This document shows positions 25,663 to 34,474 of a stretch of DNA of 62,769 bases, piece after piece (within the stretch, counting starts at the first letter, position 1; every line of letters starts with the position of its first letter). Source of the DNA: a virus; the IMG/VR virus record IMGVR_UViG_3300050128_000007, one strand, 5' to 3'. The translations under genes were made by a program, and so were the position numbers. Under the pieces are notes generated by a model, which worked only from the letters and a program-made list of their open reading frames with translations, made no database searches and had not been told where the DNA came from.

Positions 25663-25808
25663 AGCGGAAATGGACTCATGTATATAATTCCCCAAATTTA
25701 TCGCGCTTTGGGTTATTGGCGCGGCAATCGGTTTTTGGGGTATCGTTCATTGTTTTTCTGCCCCCTCAAACAAGTATTTTAAACATTTTGCAGTTGGGTT
25801 GGGATTAA
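25659..25808 (+). CDS. Small hydrophobic protein (49 aa; below the ORF-track cutoff)
   Basis: ATGA overlap with the upstream stop. The segment is AT-rich. Confidence 0.35.
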   Translation: MKRKWTHVYNSPNLSRFGLLARQSVFGVSFIVFLPPQTSILNILQLGWD

Positions 25809-25984
25809 TTGCAACCGGATTCTGGCTATGCGTGATTGGCCTAATTGGTTTTTTGATTTCACTGGATTCAGCATCCGCTTATAGTTTCTCCGAAAATATC
25901 GGCGTTCATACGGTTGTTGTAGCGGAACTGAAACTCCGCGACGTACAGCGGATGGCATTCTCGATGACAACATGGCTAAATTGA
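25799..25984 (+). CDS. Small membrane protein (61 aa, TTG start)
   Basis: GFWLCVIGLIGFLISL. It has no SD and might be joined to the preceding small ORF. Confidence 0.35.
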   Translation: MGLIATGFWLCVIGLIGFLISLDSASAYSFSENIGVHTVVVAELKLRDVQRMAFSMTTWLN

Positions 25985-25987
25985 ACC

Positions 25988-26233
25988 GTGAGGCAGTGGC
26001 CAAATGAACAAACTATCTCCCACTCAACGCGAGAAAAAGTCGTGATAACACCCGAACAACTTGTCCAAGAATCAGAGGCGCTAATAAAACTTCTGAACGA
26101 TCCGCGATTCGCTGCTCCGAAAGTTCAACGACTAATCGAGCGCGTCATCAACGAGCTTGCTTACGTGAACGGCGGCGATGCACCACCGGTTAGCCAGGTA
26201 CTGCTTAACGACCTGGCGCAAGGCTTACTCTAA
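25988..26233 (+). CDS. Hypothetical protein (81 aa; alternative GTG start at 26042)
   Basis: ORF with an uncertain start. Confidence 0.5.
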   Translation: MRQWPNEQTISHSTREKVVITPEQLVQESEALIKLLNDPRFAAPKVQRLIERVINELAYVNGGDAPPVSQVLLNDLAQGLL

Positions 26234-26404
26234 AGGCACACACCACGAGGAAAAGCAGTGAAGTATATAACCTTAGTCGTCCTTCTATTATATTGAAAGG
26301 GGAGACAGGACATGAGCGCGATTCATATACCAAACGGTACGGAGCCTTGTGAGCACAAACAACAGTTTATCCGAAACGGAGAGAGTTCGAAGTACGGAGC
26401 TTAA

Positions 26405-26983
26405 ATGTTGGAACGGTTGAACAATCGCGCGCGCGGTGCGGAGCTTTCGGAAATGAGCAACTTATTGCCGAATAGATTCCGCGCCGTTATTTCGCCATGT
26501 GGACTGTATCGTTATCGCCTTGACCGGCCGATACATCCATTCGCGCGCGTGATCGCGTTCATGCTCCACAACCCAAGCACCGCCGACGCTGAGCAGGATG
26601 ACCCTACATCGAGGCGCGGCATCGGATACGCGAGGTCCTGGGGCGCCGGCAAACTCGTCTATGTCAATCCGTGGGCTGGTAGAGCTACAAATCCGGATGA
26701 CTTATGGAAGATGGCCGATCCGGTTGGCCCGTCGAATGACTTTCATATTGCGGCAGTCGCACGCGAGGTAGCGGCGAGCGGCGGCTTTTTTGTATTTGCT
26801 TGGGGAGCGGTATCCCCGCCTAAGCGGCTCAAGTATGCCGTCACTTCGCGACTTCATGCCGTCGATAAATTGGTGCGCAGCTATGGCTGCGACGTGAAGG
26901 CGCTCGGCATTACGAAAAATGGACAGCCGCGCCATCCACTCTACATGAAGGCTGATCTGTACCCACAACCGTGGCCGCATTAA
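26405..26983 (+). CDS. DUF1643 family protein
   Basis: YRYRLDR..., FMLHNPSTADAEQDDPT, VNPWAGRAT and GQPRHPLY match the DUF1643 pattern. Confidence 0.8.
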   Translation: MLERLNNRARGAELSEMSNLLPNRFRAVISPCGLYRYRLDRPIHPFARVIAFMLHNPSTADAEQDDPTSRRGIGYARSWGAGKLVYVNPWAGRATNPDDLWKMADPVGPSNDFHIAAVAREVAASGGFFVFAWGAVSPPKRLKYAVTSRLHAVDKLVRSYGCDVKALGITKNGQPRHPLYMKADLYPQPWPH

Positions 26984-27255
26984 CGCGGCACAAGAGCAAT
27001 GAGGACGTGATCGCAATGCTTCGGATTATTTTCACTCGGCGCTGGCGTACAGAGCACCACAATGGCGCTGATGGCTGCGCACGGCGAGATCGCGCCGAAC
27101 CGCCGCCTTGCGAGCGTCCTTTCCAAAGGGGCGAGATTCATAAGCATCCACGCTATCCGAGCGGAGATTGTGTGAACTGCGGCGCGCTCTGCACGGAAGG
27201 CTGCAAACATGAATTATTTGAATCATGCTTTCCGGTTGACGCATACAGGTACTAG
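26971..27255 (+). CDS. Hypothetical Cys-rich protein (94 aa)
   Basis: ORF overlapping the upstream gene by 13 nt. The coding call is weak. Confidence 0.35.
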   Translation: MAALTRHKSNEDVIAMLRIIFTRRWRTEHHNGADGCARRDRAEPPPCERPFQRGEIHKHPRYPSGDCVNCGALCTEGCKHELFESCFPVDAYRY

Positions 27256-27957
27256 ATGTTGACGACGCGCACTGAAATCTTGGCGGAAGGCGTGATACTC
27301 CATATGGGGGATGCGCGCGTTATTCTGCCGACGCTCGCGCGCGCCGACGCGGTTGTGACCGACCCGCCCTATGGCGTGAACAAGGCCGCTTGGGACGAAA
27401 AATACCCGGATTGGCTTGAAGATTTGGCGTTCGCCGCCGCGCGCACCGTCGTCATTATGCCGGGCATGTGGGCGATGCCGCTTTGCCTCAAGGGCATGGG
27501 CGACCGCTACAAGGCCGTCATAGCGGGCCACAACACGAACGGGATGACGTTTGGGCCGATTGGCTTCAATAACTGGATTCCCGCCGTTGTCGGCGGCGAC
27601 GTGCCCCACAGAGGGCAGGACGCTTTCGAGTTTGCGGTCGGCGCAGAGGCGAAGCCCGATCATCCGAGCCCCAAGCCGCTTGCCTACATGCTCAAGCTGA
27701 TTGACCGCACCACGGAGCCCGGCTGGACGATTGTGGACCCTTTCATGGGGTCTGGGACCACGGGCGTCGCGTGCGTGAACATGGGGCGCAAGTTCATCGG
27801 GATTGAGCGCGTCGAAACGTACTTTGACATTGCCTGCAGGCGTATCCACGAGGCGACGCTGCAGCCCGATATGTTCACCGAACCTAAGCAGCCAAGCGAA
27901 CAAATCGAATGGGCGGAAATGTGGAGCAAGCCATTTCCGTACCCGGAACGCATTTAA
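27256..27957 (+). CDS. Beta-class DNA methyltransferase (N6-adenine or N4-cytosine; DPPY before FMGSGTTG)
   Basis: VVTDPPYGV, HPSPKPL and DPFMGSGTTGVAC motifs in beta-class order. Confidence 0.85.
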   Translation: MLTTRTEILAEGVILHMGDARVILPTLARADAVVTDPPYGVNKAAWDEKYPDWLEDLAFAAARTVVIMPGMWAMPLCLKGMGDRYKAVIAGHNTNGMTFGPIGFNNWIPAVVGGDVPHRGQDAFEFAVGAEAKPDHPSPKPLAYMLKLIDRTTEPGWTIVDPFMGSGTTGVACVNMGRKFIGIERVETYFDIACRRIHEATLQPDMFTEPKQPSEQIEWAEMWSKPFPYPERI

Positions 27958-27986
27958 TAGTCGTCACCAGATAACGGAGAACGGAA

Positions 27987-28196
27987 ATGGACTGGATTCT
28001 GATTGGGATTGTTAGCGGGACGCTGATCGCTCAGGGCTTCGGTACGAAAGAAGCCTGCTTAGGTCGGGGGGCGACGCTTAAGGAAGCGAAGATCGAAAGC
28101 AAGTGTGTCGAAGCTCCGCGTACTGGATACACACTTAGCAGCGGTACCGTTCTGACGTGCTGTATCAACGGCGTGTGTGGCACTCCCTGTAATTAA
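27987..28196 (+). CDS. Small Cys-containing protein with a hydrophobic N-terminus (69 aa)
   Basis: ORF with an ATG start. Confidence 0.5.
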   Translation: MDWILIGIVSGTLIAQGFGTKEACLGRGATLKEAKIESKCVEAPRTGYTLSSGTVLTCCINGVCGTPCN

Positions 28197-28230
28197 ATCC
28201 GCTAATGCGCCGCCACGAGACGAGGAAACA

Positions 28231-28407
28231 ATGACTGACGATGATATGGCGACAAAGCTTCTGGCACTTAAGGTGCGCTTGGCTTTTGCGCGCGAGGATT
28301 ATGGGGCGCGTGAGCTGCTTAACGAGGCTGCGATCAGATTAGGCGAGCCGCCTTGTCTTATTAATCTTAGACGCGCCCCAATCCTTCAAAAACTTCTTAC
28401 GCAGTAA
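28231..28407 (+). CDS. Hypothetical protein (58 aa)
   Basis: ATG 28231 follows GAGGAAACA. The ORF-track version starts earlier at a GTG inside the previous gene. Confidence 0.5.
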   Translation: MTDDDMATKLLALKVRLAFAREDYGARELLNEAAIRLGEPPCLINLRRAPILQKLLTQ

Positions 28408-28427
28408 CGCGGCGAGAGGGGACGACG

Positions 28428-28802
28428 ATGCCGGGACGAATCCAACGTAAGCGGACCAAAGGTTGGAAGATGCCACCCAATACTATCGTGGTCGATCGGT
28501 CCAGCGGCTTCGGAAATCCGTTCCCAATCTCAAAGGGGAAATCGACATATATGGGTAAGACCTCCGACGTGTGGGTCGTCGGTACATGGGAGGGTCCGGC
28601 CATGTGGTTCAGAGATACGAAGGCCGAAGCCACCAAGCTTGCCATTGATGCATACCGCGCGTGGATCAAAGCACCACGGCAGCAAGACCTGTTGACGTCC
28701 GTGAAAAGGAAATTGCGCGGTAAAAATCTCGCCTGTTGGTGCACGCAAGGCCAACCATGTCACGCGGACGTACTGCTGGAAATCGCGAACGAACCGCACT
28801 GA
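28428..28802 (+). CDS. DUF4326 family protein
   Basis: GFGNPF and GKNLACWC...PCHADVLLEIAN match the pattern. Confidence 0.8.
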   Translation: MPGRIQRKRTKGWKMPPNTIVVDRSSGFGNPFPISKGKSTYMGKTSDVWVVGTWEGPAMWFRDTKAEATKLAIDAYRAWIKAPRQQDLLTSVKRKLRGKNLACWCTQGQPCHADVLLEIANEPH

Positions 28803-28808
28803 TGGGGA

Positions 28809-29018
28809 GTGACCGACGTGAATGATCTTTGCCAGTGCTCTCGCTGCGGCAGGATGCACAAGCCGCTAGGAAAACCGCCGACGGTCATCACTGGCGCGCT
28901 GTCGCGCGATGATCTTTGCCGCCTCAGTCGGGGGTTCAATATGACCGCGAGTTTAGGTCTGTCGCAAGACGCCAGAATTAATGATTGGCTGAAAGCACAG
29001 ATAGAAGCTGCGCACTAA
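28809..29018 (+). CDS. Hypothetical protein (69 aa, GTG start)
   Basis: ORF preceded by a GGGGA SD. Confidence 0.5.
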   Translation: MTDVNDLCQCSRCGRMHKPLGKPPTVITGALSRDDLCRLSRGFNMTASLGLSQDARINDWLKAQIEAAH

Positions 29019-29034
29019 AACAGGAGAGACGAGA

Positions 29035-29274
29035 ATGGGTACCAAAAACAACCCCGGAAAATTCGATTGCTACGCAAAAGCGGAGCCGGATGAGCCGATG
29101 TTCATTCTACTCGCGCGAGATATTTCAGCGCCTGCCACCGTCGAGAAATGGGCCGAGTATCGACGCGGCCTAGTTCTGATCGACGAGAGGCCGGAAAGTG
29201 ACCTAGTGATGGTCGCCGAGGCGCTTGACTGTGCCGAAAGGATGCGCGCGTGGCGCGATAAAAATAGACCATAA
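29035..29274 (+). CDS. Conserved phage hypothetical protein (79 aa)
   Basis: The DEPMFILLARDISAP..VEKWA motif is common in small phage proteins. Confidence 0.6.
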   Translation: MGTKNNPGKFDCYAKAEPDEPMFILLARDISAPATVEKWAEYRRGLVLIDERPESDLVMVAEALDCAERMRAWRDKNRP

Positions 29275-29307
29275 TCCACTCTGCATCCGTCACGACACGA
29301 GGAAAAC

Positions 29308-29577
29308 ATGAGCAACTTAGTGGACCTAGAACGCAAGGTGCTTGACGCCGCACGGGAATGGCTGATCGAACGCAACCCGCTCGATCCATCATCCAAGGCG
29401 TTGTTCGTGGCTCTATGCCGAGCCTACCCAGGTGACCTAGCCGCGAAAGAAGATTGCAACTGCGGTGAGCAAGATGATTGCGACGAGTGTATGTCGCGGG
29501 TGCAGATCGAGGCGCTAGTCCGACAGTTAGAAAGAGAGTTAATGCCCGCCGCAGAAGATTGCGCGGTCACGCGCTAA
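29308..29577 (+). CDS. Hypothetical protein (89 aa)
   Basis: ORF preceded by the conserved intergenic box. Confidence 0.6.
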   Translation: MSNLVDLERKVLDAAREWLIERNPLDPSSKALFVALCRAYPGDLAAKEDCNCGEQDDCDECMSRVQIEALVRQLERELMPAAEDCAVTR

Positions 29578-29614
29578 TTCACTCTGCGTCAGTCACCGCA
29601 GACAGGAGAACAAC

Positions 29615-29710
29615 ATGACGGAAGTTGAATTGCGGAACCTTAAGGTGGCACTGAGTGACCGCCTCAATAATCACTTGGTGGAGATGAAGGGAAAGACGCA
29701 TTGTCGATGA
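29615..29710 (+). CDS. Small ORF (31 aa; below the ORF-track cutoff)
   Basis: SD AGGAGA. ATGA overlap with the next gene at 29707..29710. Confidence 0.4.
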   Translation: MTEVELRNLKVALSDRLNNHLVEMKGKTHCR

Positions 29711-29910
29711 CAAAACGCACTCACCTCCCGCCGACGCCGTGGAGCTATTCAACCAATGCTCCCATTGGCCAGCACGAAGGCAAAGGTTTTGTCTATCTGC
29801 TTGATGCGAACGGCCGCAAGATTGGGACGGTGTGGGGCAACCCCGATGAGAAACTAGCGCTCGCCGAGGTGATCTGCGACGCGAGCGACCGAATACACGC
29901 TGATACCTGA
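29707..29910 (+). CDS. Hypothetical protein (67 aa)
   Basis: ATG 29707 is coupled to the upstream small ORF. Confidence 0.55.
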   Translation: MTKRTHLPPTPWSYSTNAPIGQHEGKGFVYLLDANGRKIGTVWGNPDEKLALAEVICDASDRIHADT

Positions 29911-29934
29911 GAAACAAAAACCAATGACGGTTCG

Positions 29935-30351
29935 ATGCCGCCTCCATTGGGGATCATTCTCCCAATGACCATTTTCTTTGGATCGGTTGGCCCCGACGAT
30001 TTTGCCAAAAACTATGCGGCGTGGGCTCGAAAATGGGGCCTTACCGACTGGGCAGATTGGCTTAGTTTATACGCCACGGGACCGCACGTTTTCTGGGGCG
30101 TCATTCTTGTTTCTTTTATCTATTTGGTCCTTGCGTTTGGGCTTCCTTTTCTTATTGAAAATACGAAAAGAACGACTGCCGCCGTCGTGGTTCCTATAAC
30201 TGTTGCCATTATCATTGCCATCGCAGTCTATGGACAGCATGAAATAAGCTTGATTATTTCCAGCCGTGCTCATTGGCGAGTGCTGCCGTTCTCGACAAAT
30301 CATTTTCCGTCAGAGGGTCCTGTGAAAGGAACGCCGCTTCATACGGAATAA
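29935..30351 (+). CDS. Membrane protein (138 aa, 2-3 TM)
   Basis: VFWGVILVSFIYLVLAFGLPFLI and AAVVVPITVAIIIAIAVYG. Its 3' end overlaps the convergent gene by 98 nt. Confidence 0.5.
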   Translation: MPPPLGIILPMTIFFGSVGPDDFAKNYAAWARKWGLTDWADWLSLYATGPHVFWGVILVSFIYLVLAFGLPFLIENTKRTTAAVVVPITVAIIIAIAVYGQHEISLIISSRAHWRVLPFSTNHFPSEGPVKGTPLHTE

Positions 30352-30865
30352 GGTCTTTGAGTTTTACCGTCCGCCATCGAACATCGTGGGAAGCGTTGCT
30401 AACATCGTCAGCACTTTGGTCCCACAGTTCTTTGATAACTTCGTCTACGAGTGCAAGCTCATCGCCCGTGAATAACTCTAGAAACGCCTTGCGCCGAGGA
30501 ACTACTCTTTTTTGTTCCCGATTACCTACTTGTCGTTTCTCAATTTTAATCGCCCCTTCTTCAAGGAGGCTATTTAGGATGGGGACCATCGCCTTGGGAG
30601 CTGGCCCTTGTCTTAGCGCAAAGTAGGGCGTCCCCGTTAAAGGAATGCCAAATCGCTCATACGCTCGAAAATCAGAATGATAGAGTGTCTTGTTCAGTTT
30701 GATCGCTCCAAACAAAGGAGCATCTTTGTAGCGTTCTGCAATGTAGATAATAAGCTCCCGTAACCGCTGCCGACCTTTGGGCACCGGATATGCAAACGTC
30801 AGTTTGCGAAAGTCTTTCTTGATCCGCCTTCGCGCCATGACACCGAAATCCTTGGCACGAATCAT
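30254..30865 (-). CDS. Panacea/SocA-type (DUF4065) antitoxin-domain protein
   Basis: AIKLNKTLYHSDFRAYERFGIPLTGTPYFALRQGPAP follows the DUF4065 core pattern (KL.KLLY...G.P.TG..Y.A...GP). Confidence 0.6.
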   Translation of the reverse strand: MIRAKDFGVMARRRIKKDFRKLTFAYPVPKGRQRLRELIIYIAERYKDAPLFGAIKLNKTLYHSDFRAYERFGIPLTGTPYFALRQGPAPKAMVPILNSLLEEGAIKIEKRQVGNREQKRVVPRRKAFLELFTGDELALVDEVIKELWDQSADDVSNASHDVRWRTVKLKDLIPYEAAFLSQDPLTENDLSRTAALANEHGWK

Positions 30866-31025
30866 AGCAGGTCGAGGACTCGCCGTGAATCCCCTGTCAA
30901 GCCCTCCGGCGGATTTTTTTGTACTTATCAGATCACCGATATGTCAGCCGCTTGCCGCTGATAACCCTTGACCGCGCCGGCCTACGGTACACAACTGACC
31001 AAGGCGGGCCGGGATCGTTGTTGCT

Positions 31026-31670
31026 TTGGTTTCAGCGGCGGCGCAGGGCACAGATTTTACGGAAAGAGTGTTGACCTTGGGGTTTTTAGGTTCGGTGTTG
31101 AATACTATTGGCTACGCACTCGTGCCCCTAATATTGGGTGCGGTGGGCGGCTGGATTTCAGATGAAACAAGAATACACAAGATTTTTTGGGTAGCGATCA
31201 GCGGGCCTGTAATTGTTTTTGGTGCGGCTTCTGGGTGGTCAGCCCATAAGATTCCCGAAGCCCTCCCGACAGGAAAGGCCGGTTGGAATTTTGAGCAGCT
31301 TTTACCAATAACGCCAGCCTATGCGGATGAGGCACCGACAAAAGACACGGCGGTTGCGCAAGCGGAAAACCCATTTATCAGCGGACTAAAGGAATTTCTG
31401 GGCGGTGGTTCCGGTGGCCTACGCTATCGGGTTGTTATCGCTTCAATCACAGACTATCAGGAAGCAGTGAAGACGGCGGCGAAACTAAATTCGATGAAAG
31501 TTCTTCCTGCGCCAGCTTCCGTCGGACAACCAAAGTTTGGCAATCCATATTTCCCGGTCATCGTCGATGGGTGGTTGACGTTGCCAGATGCAAAGTCGCT
31601 TAGAGATAAGGTATCGGGACTTGATTTGGAATTGCCCGATTCTCCTTATATTTCGATACGGGATTATTAA
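31026..31670 (+). CDS. Membrane protein with a C-terminal SPOR-like peptidoglycan-binding domain (start uncertain)
   Basis: Three hydrophobic segments, then YRVVIASITDYQEAVKTAAKLNS...YFPVIVDGWLTLPDAKSLRDKV. Confidence 0.5.
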   Translation: MVSAAAQGTDFTERVLTLGFLGSVLNTIGYALVPLILGAVGGWISDETRIHKIFWVAISGPVIVFGAASGWSAHKIPEALPTGKAGWNFEQLLPITPAYADEAPTKDTAVAQAENPFISGLKEFLGGGSGGLRYRVVIASITDYQEAVKTAAKLNSMKVLPAPASVGQPKFGNPYFPVIVDGWLTLPDAKSLRDKVSGLDLELPDSPYISIRDY

Positions 31671-31809
31671 ATCTCATCCAACGCCACGCCGTCCAATTCG
31701 AGCGCCGCAGTTGATTTTAGCGGATACTGGCAACGTCATATTCAGCAATAGGACAGAAATATCGAAGAAATAGGGGTTTTTGACCGTTCATCGTGACTGT
31801 ATTTACCAG

Positions 31810-31838
31810 TTGTCAACCAAGCCAGGGGCCTGTAGATT
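31810..31838 (+). promoter_or_regulatory. Sigma70-like promoter TTGTCA-N17-TAGATT
   Basis: Read directly, upstream of gene 31876. Confidence 0.4.
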
Positions 31839-31875
31839 AGCACAATCCCACGCACGCCATCACAGGGGATGAGCC

Positions 31876-32181
31876 ATGAACTACAGGCAATCACCTCCTC
31901 CAGCACACGAGAATCTATTTTGTCTCGGCTTTAAGGAACAGGAAGAGAGCACGCCGTTGTTGTCGAGCTTTCATGGAGGCCCTACACCTGTGCCCAGCGC
32001 GCTCGACGACGCTTACAAGGACTGGTCTGTGGACAAGCTCAAGAAGCGGTGTCGTGAACTTTGCCGCGTCTCGATGCACAAGGATGTTCTCATAGCCGTG
32101 CTGGCGAAGTACGGCATTGACGAACTAAGCCCGGCAGATCGCATGGAAGTAGATCGCATATGCTCACAGTGGGAAGATTAG
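31876..32181 (+). CDS. Hypothetical protein with a SAP/HeH-like motif (101 aa)
   Basis: WSVDKLKKRCRELCRVSMHKDVLIAVLAKYG. Confidence 0.5.
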   Translation: MNYRQSPPPAHENLFCLGFKEQEESTPLLSSFHGGPTPVPSALDDAYKDWSVDKLKKRCRELCRVSMHKDVLIAVLAKYGIDELSPADRMEVDRICSQWED

Positions 32182-32252
32182 GCAGTCACGATGACAAAAC
32201 GGCCGGCGCTCGAAATGCTCGAAGCACATCGCAGTAACAAGAGATCAACGCC

Positions 32253-32453
32253 ATGACTGCACCATACGAATATGACTTCCGCATCTTTCAAGACGGTGTG
32301 ATGGTGGCCAGAGTGATTGGGAGGAACATCGAACAAGTCCGATCCGAAGTCCGGCATTACATTAGACAATACATTCAGGATCGCGTTGATGTGTGGGGTG
32401 ATCGAATTGATGATTTGGACTTCACGTTCGCTGATGGCGATTGCGTGCGGTGA
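32253..32453 (+). CDS. Hypothetical protein (66 aa), last rightward gene
   Basis: ORF with an ATG start. Confidence 0.5.
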   Translation: MTAPYEYDFRIFQDGVMVARVIGRNIEQVRSEVRHYIRQYIQDRVDVWGDRIDDLDFTFADGDCVR

Positions 32454-32469
32454 TGCCCACGAATGAGTG

Positions 32470-32577
32470 CTAATCGCCTTCCCGATCCGCCACCATCATC
32501 CACCACGCGAAAAGTAGGGCAGCGAGCCCAGAGCACGCCGCCCCGATGATGAGTAGATGCCAGACAGCGGGTGTCAT
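32470..32577 (-). CDS. Small membrane peptide (35 aa; below the ORF-track cutoff), last gene of the late operon
   Basis: ATGA overlap with the upstream stop. MTPAVWHLLIIGAACSGLAALLFAWWMMV. Confidence 0.4.
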   Translation of the reverse strand: MTPAVWHLLIIGAACSGLAALLFAWWMMVADREGD

Positions 32578-33125
32578 GCGCCTGCGTAGTGTCGATGCCG
32601 GTAACGATGGCGGTAGGACACGGCGGCGTAGCGGGTGCGCGCTGCGCCGTGCGGATCGACGAACACGACGCTACCGATCCTGACGCGCCGAGTGCCATAG
32701 GGGCCGTCCGTGGACACTGTGCCGTCGCCGTTGACGGCCACAACCGCCTCAACGTGGCGACCGGGCCAGACTGCTGCCGTACCAGGTGCAGGGGATGTCC
32801 GGGGGAAGGCGAGCCAGCCGTTCGCCAACCACACGTTCACCCCGTTGACGACATGGGCGCTGGTGCCGAGTAGCTTTTCAGCCGCTATACAGCCGCAAGG
32901 GCCGCCCATCGAGGCCGCTTGGCGGCAGGCTTGGGATAGGCCGTTGCCATAGCCCGCATATCGCATCCTGTGCGTTCTAGCGTAATGGGCCGTATGGGTG
33001 CCCCAATGCTGTTTAGACGCATGGGCGGCTTGCCCTATGGCAAGATCGGAAGTCCAATAGGCTTGAGCCGGTAGCGTGAAGGCTGTCAGTCCGAGGATCG
33101 CGAGGATTGCTGCGAGCTTTGTCAT
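32574..33125 (-). CDS. Secreted CHAP/NlpC-P60-like peptidase (putative)
   Basis: ATG 33125 follows AGGAGA. Signal peptide MTKLAAILAILGLTAFTLPAQA. GGPCGCIAAE and WPGRHVEAVVAV are candidate Cys/His motifs. Confidence 0.45.
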   Translation of the reverse strand: MTKLAAILAILGLTAFTLPAQAYWTSDLAIGQAAHASKQHWGTHTAHYARTHRMRYAGYGNGLSQACRQAASMGGPCGCIAAEKLLGTSAHVVNGVNVWLANGWLAFPRTSPAPGTAAVWPGRHVEAVVAVNGDGTVSTDGPYGTRRVRIGSVVFVDPHGAARTRYAAVSYRHRYRHRHYAGA

Positions 33126-33222
33126 GTTGGGATTTCTCCTTTTGTGGCAAGGTTGCATTGATGCGCGCGGTCACGGTTCTCCAAAGCCGGGGTTATGGTG
33201 GGGAAGGCGGCAAACTAGCGCG

Positions 33223-33387
33223 TCAGATGCGGCCGATCAAGACCAAAATTAGGACGATAACGAGGATCAGGCCGATCCCGCTGCCGCCGTAATATCCGGT
33301 TCCATAAAACCGGCCGCCGCCGATTCCGCTGAAACCGCCGAGCAGAACTATGACCAAAATGATTACGAGTATTAGACCGAGACTCAT
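33223..33387 (-). CDS. DUF3309-like small membrane protein (54 aa; below the ORF-track cutoff)
   Basis: SD GGAGAAAC. MSLGLILVIILVIVLLGGFSGIGGGRFYGTGYYGGSGIGLILVIVLILVLIGRI. Confidence 0.65.
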   Translation of the reverse strand: MSLGLILVIILVIVLLGGFSGIGGGRFYGTGYYGGSGIGLILVIVLILVLIGRI

Positions 33388-33399
33388 GGTGTTTCTCCG

Positions 33400-34194
33400 T
33401 TAGTGAAGGTGGACAACAATCTCGCCGAGGCCAACCGCCGCCGCGACAACGATTGCGATTATGCTCCACATGCGAGCGGTGCCATCGGCGACCTGTTTCT
33501 CGCTGCCAGCGTGCGTATCGCGCGACGCGCTCAACGACGCCATCTGCGCCGTGAGTATTTGGAGCTGCGCCGATATTGCTGGGTCGGCAATGCTAGTCTT
33601 GCCTTCGCCGCGATCCATCCGCGATTTGAGGTCAGCGATTTTGTCGTCAAGGTTTTTGCTGACCGACGCAACCAAGGCGCTCCCTTGCTCGATCAGCTTG
33701 GCAAAGTTGGCTTCCATCTTGGCCAAGGCCGCGCCGTTAGCTTCGTTGGTGGCGCCGGCGGCTTCCTTCTGCGCTTGCAACGCGGCGGCGATGGCGGTTT
33801 TGTCGGCTAGGCTCAATTGTTCGGTTCGTTTGTCTCTTTCGGCAAACTGAGTATCGATGCTGGTGAACCGCTGTTCGAGGCGCTTATCGATTTCTGTTGA
33901 GATCGTTTGGAGGCTGGTAAACTTCTCGTCGTGCAGCGCACGTAACTGTGCCACGCTGGAATCAATATTGCTTTGGCGCTCGCCCTGCTGAGTAGCCAGC
34001 AACTCCAAAGCCCTATCCGTTCCGGTGAGGCGCGTGTCGATGACTTTGAAATTACCCTCGACAACACTGAGGACTAATTCCTTTAGTCCGGCCTGCTCGC
34101 GGATTAACTGTTGCGTTGTCAGGTACGTCGGATCAGGGATAGGTCGAGAATTATGATTCTCGTCATTGTTCATCTTTGTTGGCCCCTTCCCCAT
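33400..34194 (-). CDS. Coiled-coil protein with a C-terminal membrane anchor (264 aa)
   Basis: Long heptad-rich sequence ending MWSIIAIVVAAAVGLGEIVVHLH. Confidence 0.6.
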   Translation of the reverse strand: MGKGPTKMNNDENHNSRPIPDPTYLTTQQLIREQAGLKELVLSVVEGNFKVIDTRLTGTDRALELLATQQGERQSNIDSSVAQLRALHDEKFTSLQTISTEIDKRLEQRFTSIDTQFAERDKRTEQLSLADKTAIAAALQAQKEAAGATNEANGAALAKMEANFAKLIEQGSALVASVSKNLDDKIADLKSRMDRGEGKTSIADPAISAQLQILTAQMASLSASRDTHAGSEKQVADGTARMWSIIAIVVAAAVGLGEIVVHLH

Positions 34195-34219
34195 CAATCT
34201 ACTATCAAGATTATCAGGC

Positions 34220-34474
34220 TCATCGCTCTCGATCCAATTTGAGGATCACCGCGTACTCGCCATTGAAGTGATCCTCGGTTCTCAGGTAACGCGGATGAAA
34301 TACTTTGCCATCCACGACGATGAGTTGCGGAACTTGCGTATTCGGCTCCATGTGAAGCGCGACCTGTAACTGATGCACGGAGGGGTAGATCGCGCCGGCA
34401 CCAGCCGAAAGGGCCGCCAGCCCGATGAGGCACGAAAGAGCGAGGACGGTGAAGGCGTGACGGAGCGCGCTCAT
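34220..34474 (-). CDS. Small secreted protein (84 aa)
   Basis: N-terminal signal-like FTVLALSCLIGLAALSAGAGA. Confidence 0.55.
   Translation of the reverse strand: MSALRHAFTVLALSCLIGLAALSAGAGAIYPSVHQLQVALHMEPNTQVPQLIVVDGKVFHPRYLRTEDHFNGEYAVILKLDRER

Noticed and set aside
25779-26003. Minus ORF 25779..26003 in the AT-rich stretch
   Set aside because: It is antisense to the operon direction, has basic low-complexity sequence and has no SD. The weak plus-strand small ORFs are preferred instead.
33215-33469. The 84-aa minus ORF in the ORF track
   Set aside because: The translation is an Arg-rich shadow. A different frame gives a 54-aa DUF3309-like membrane peptide with a good SD (33223..33387).
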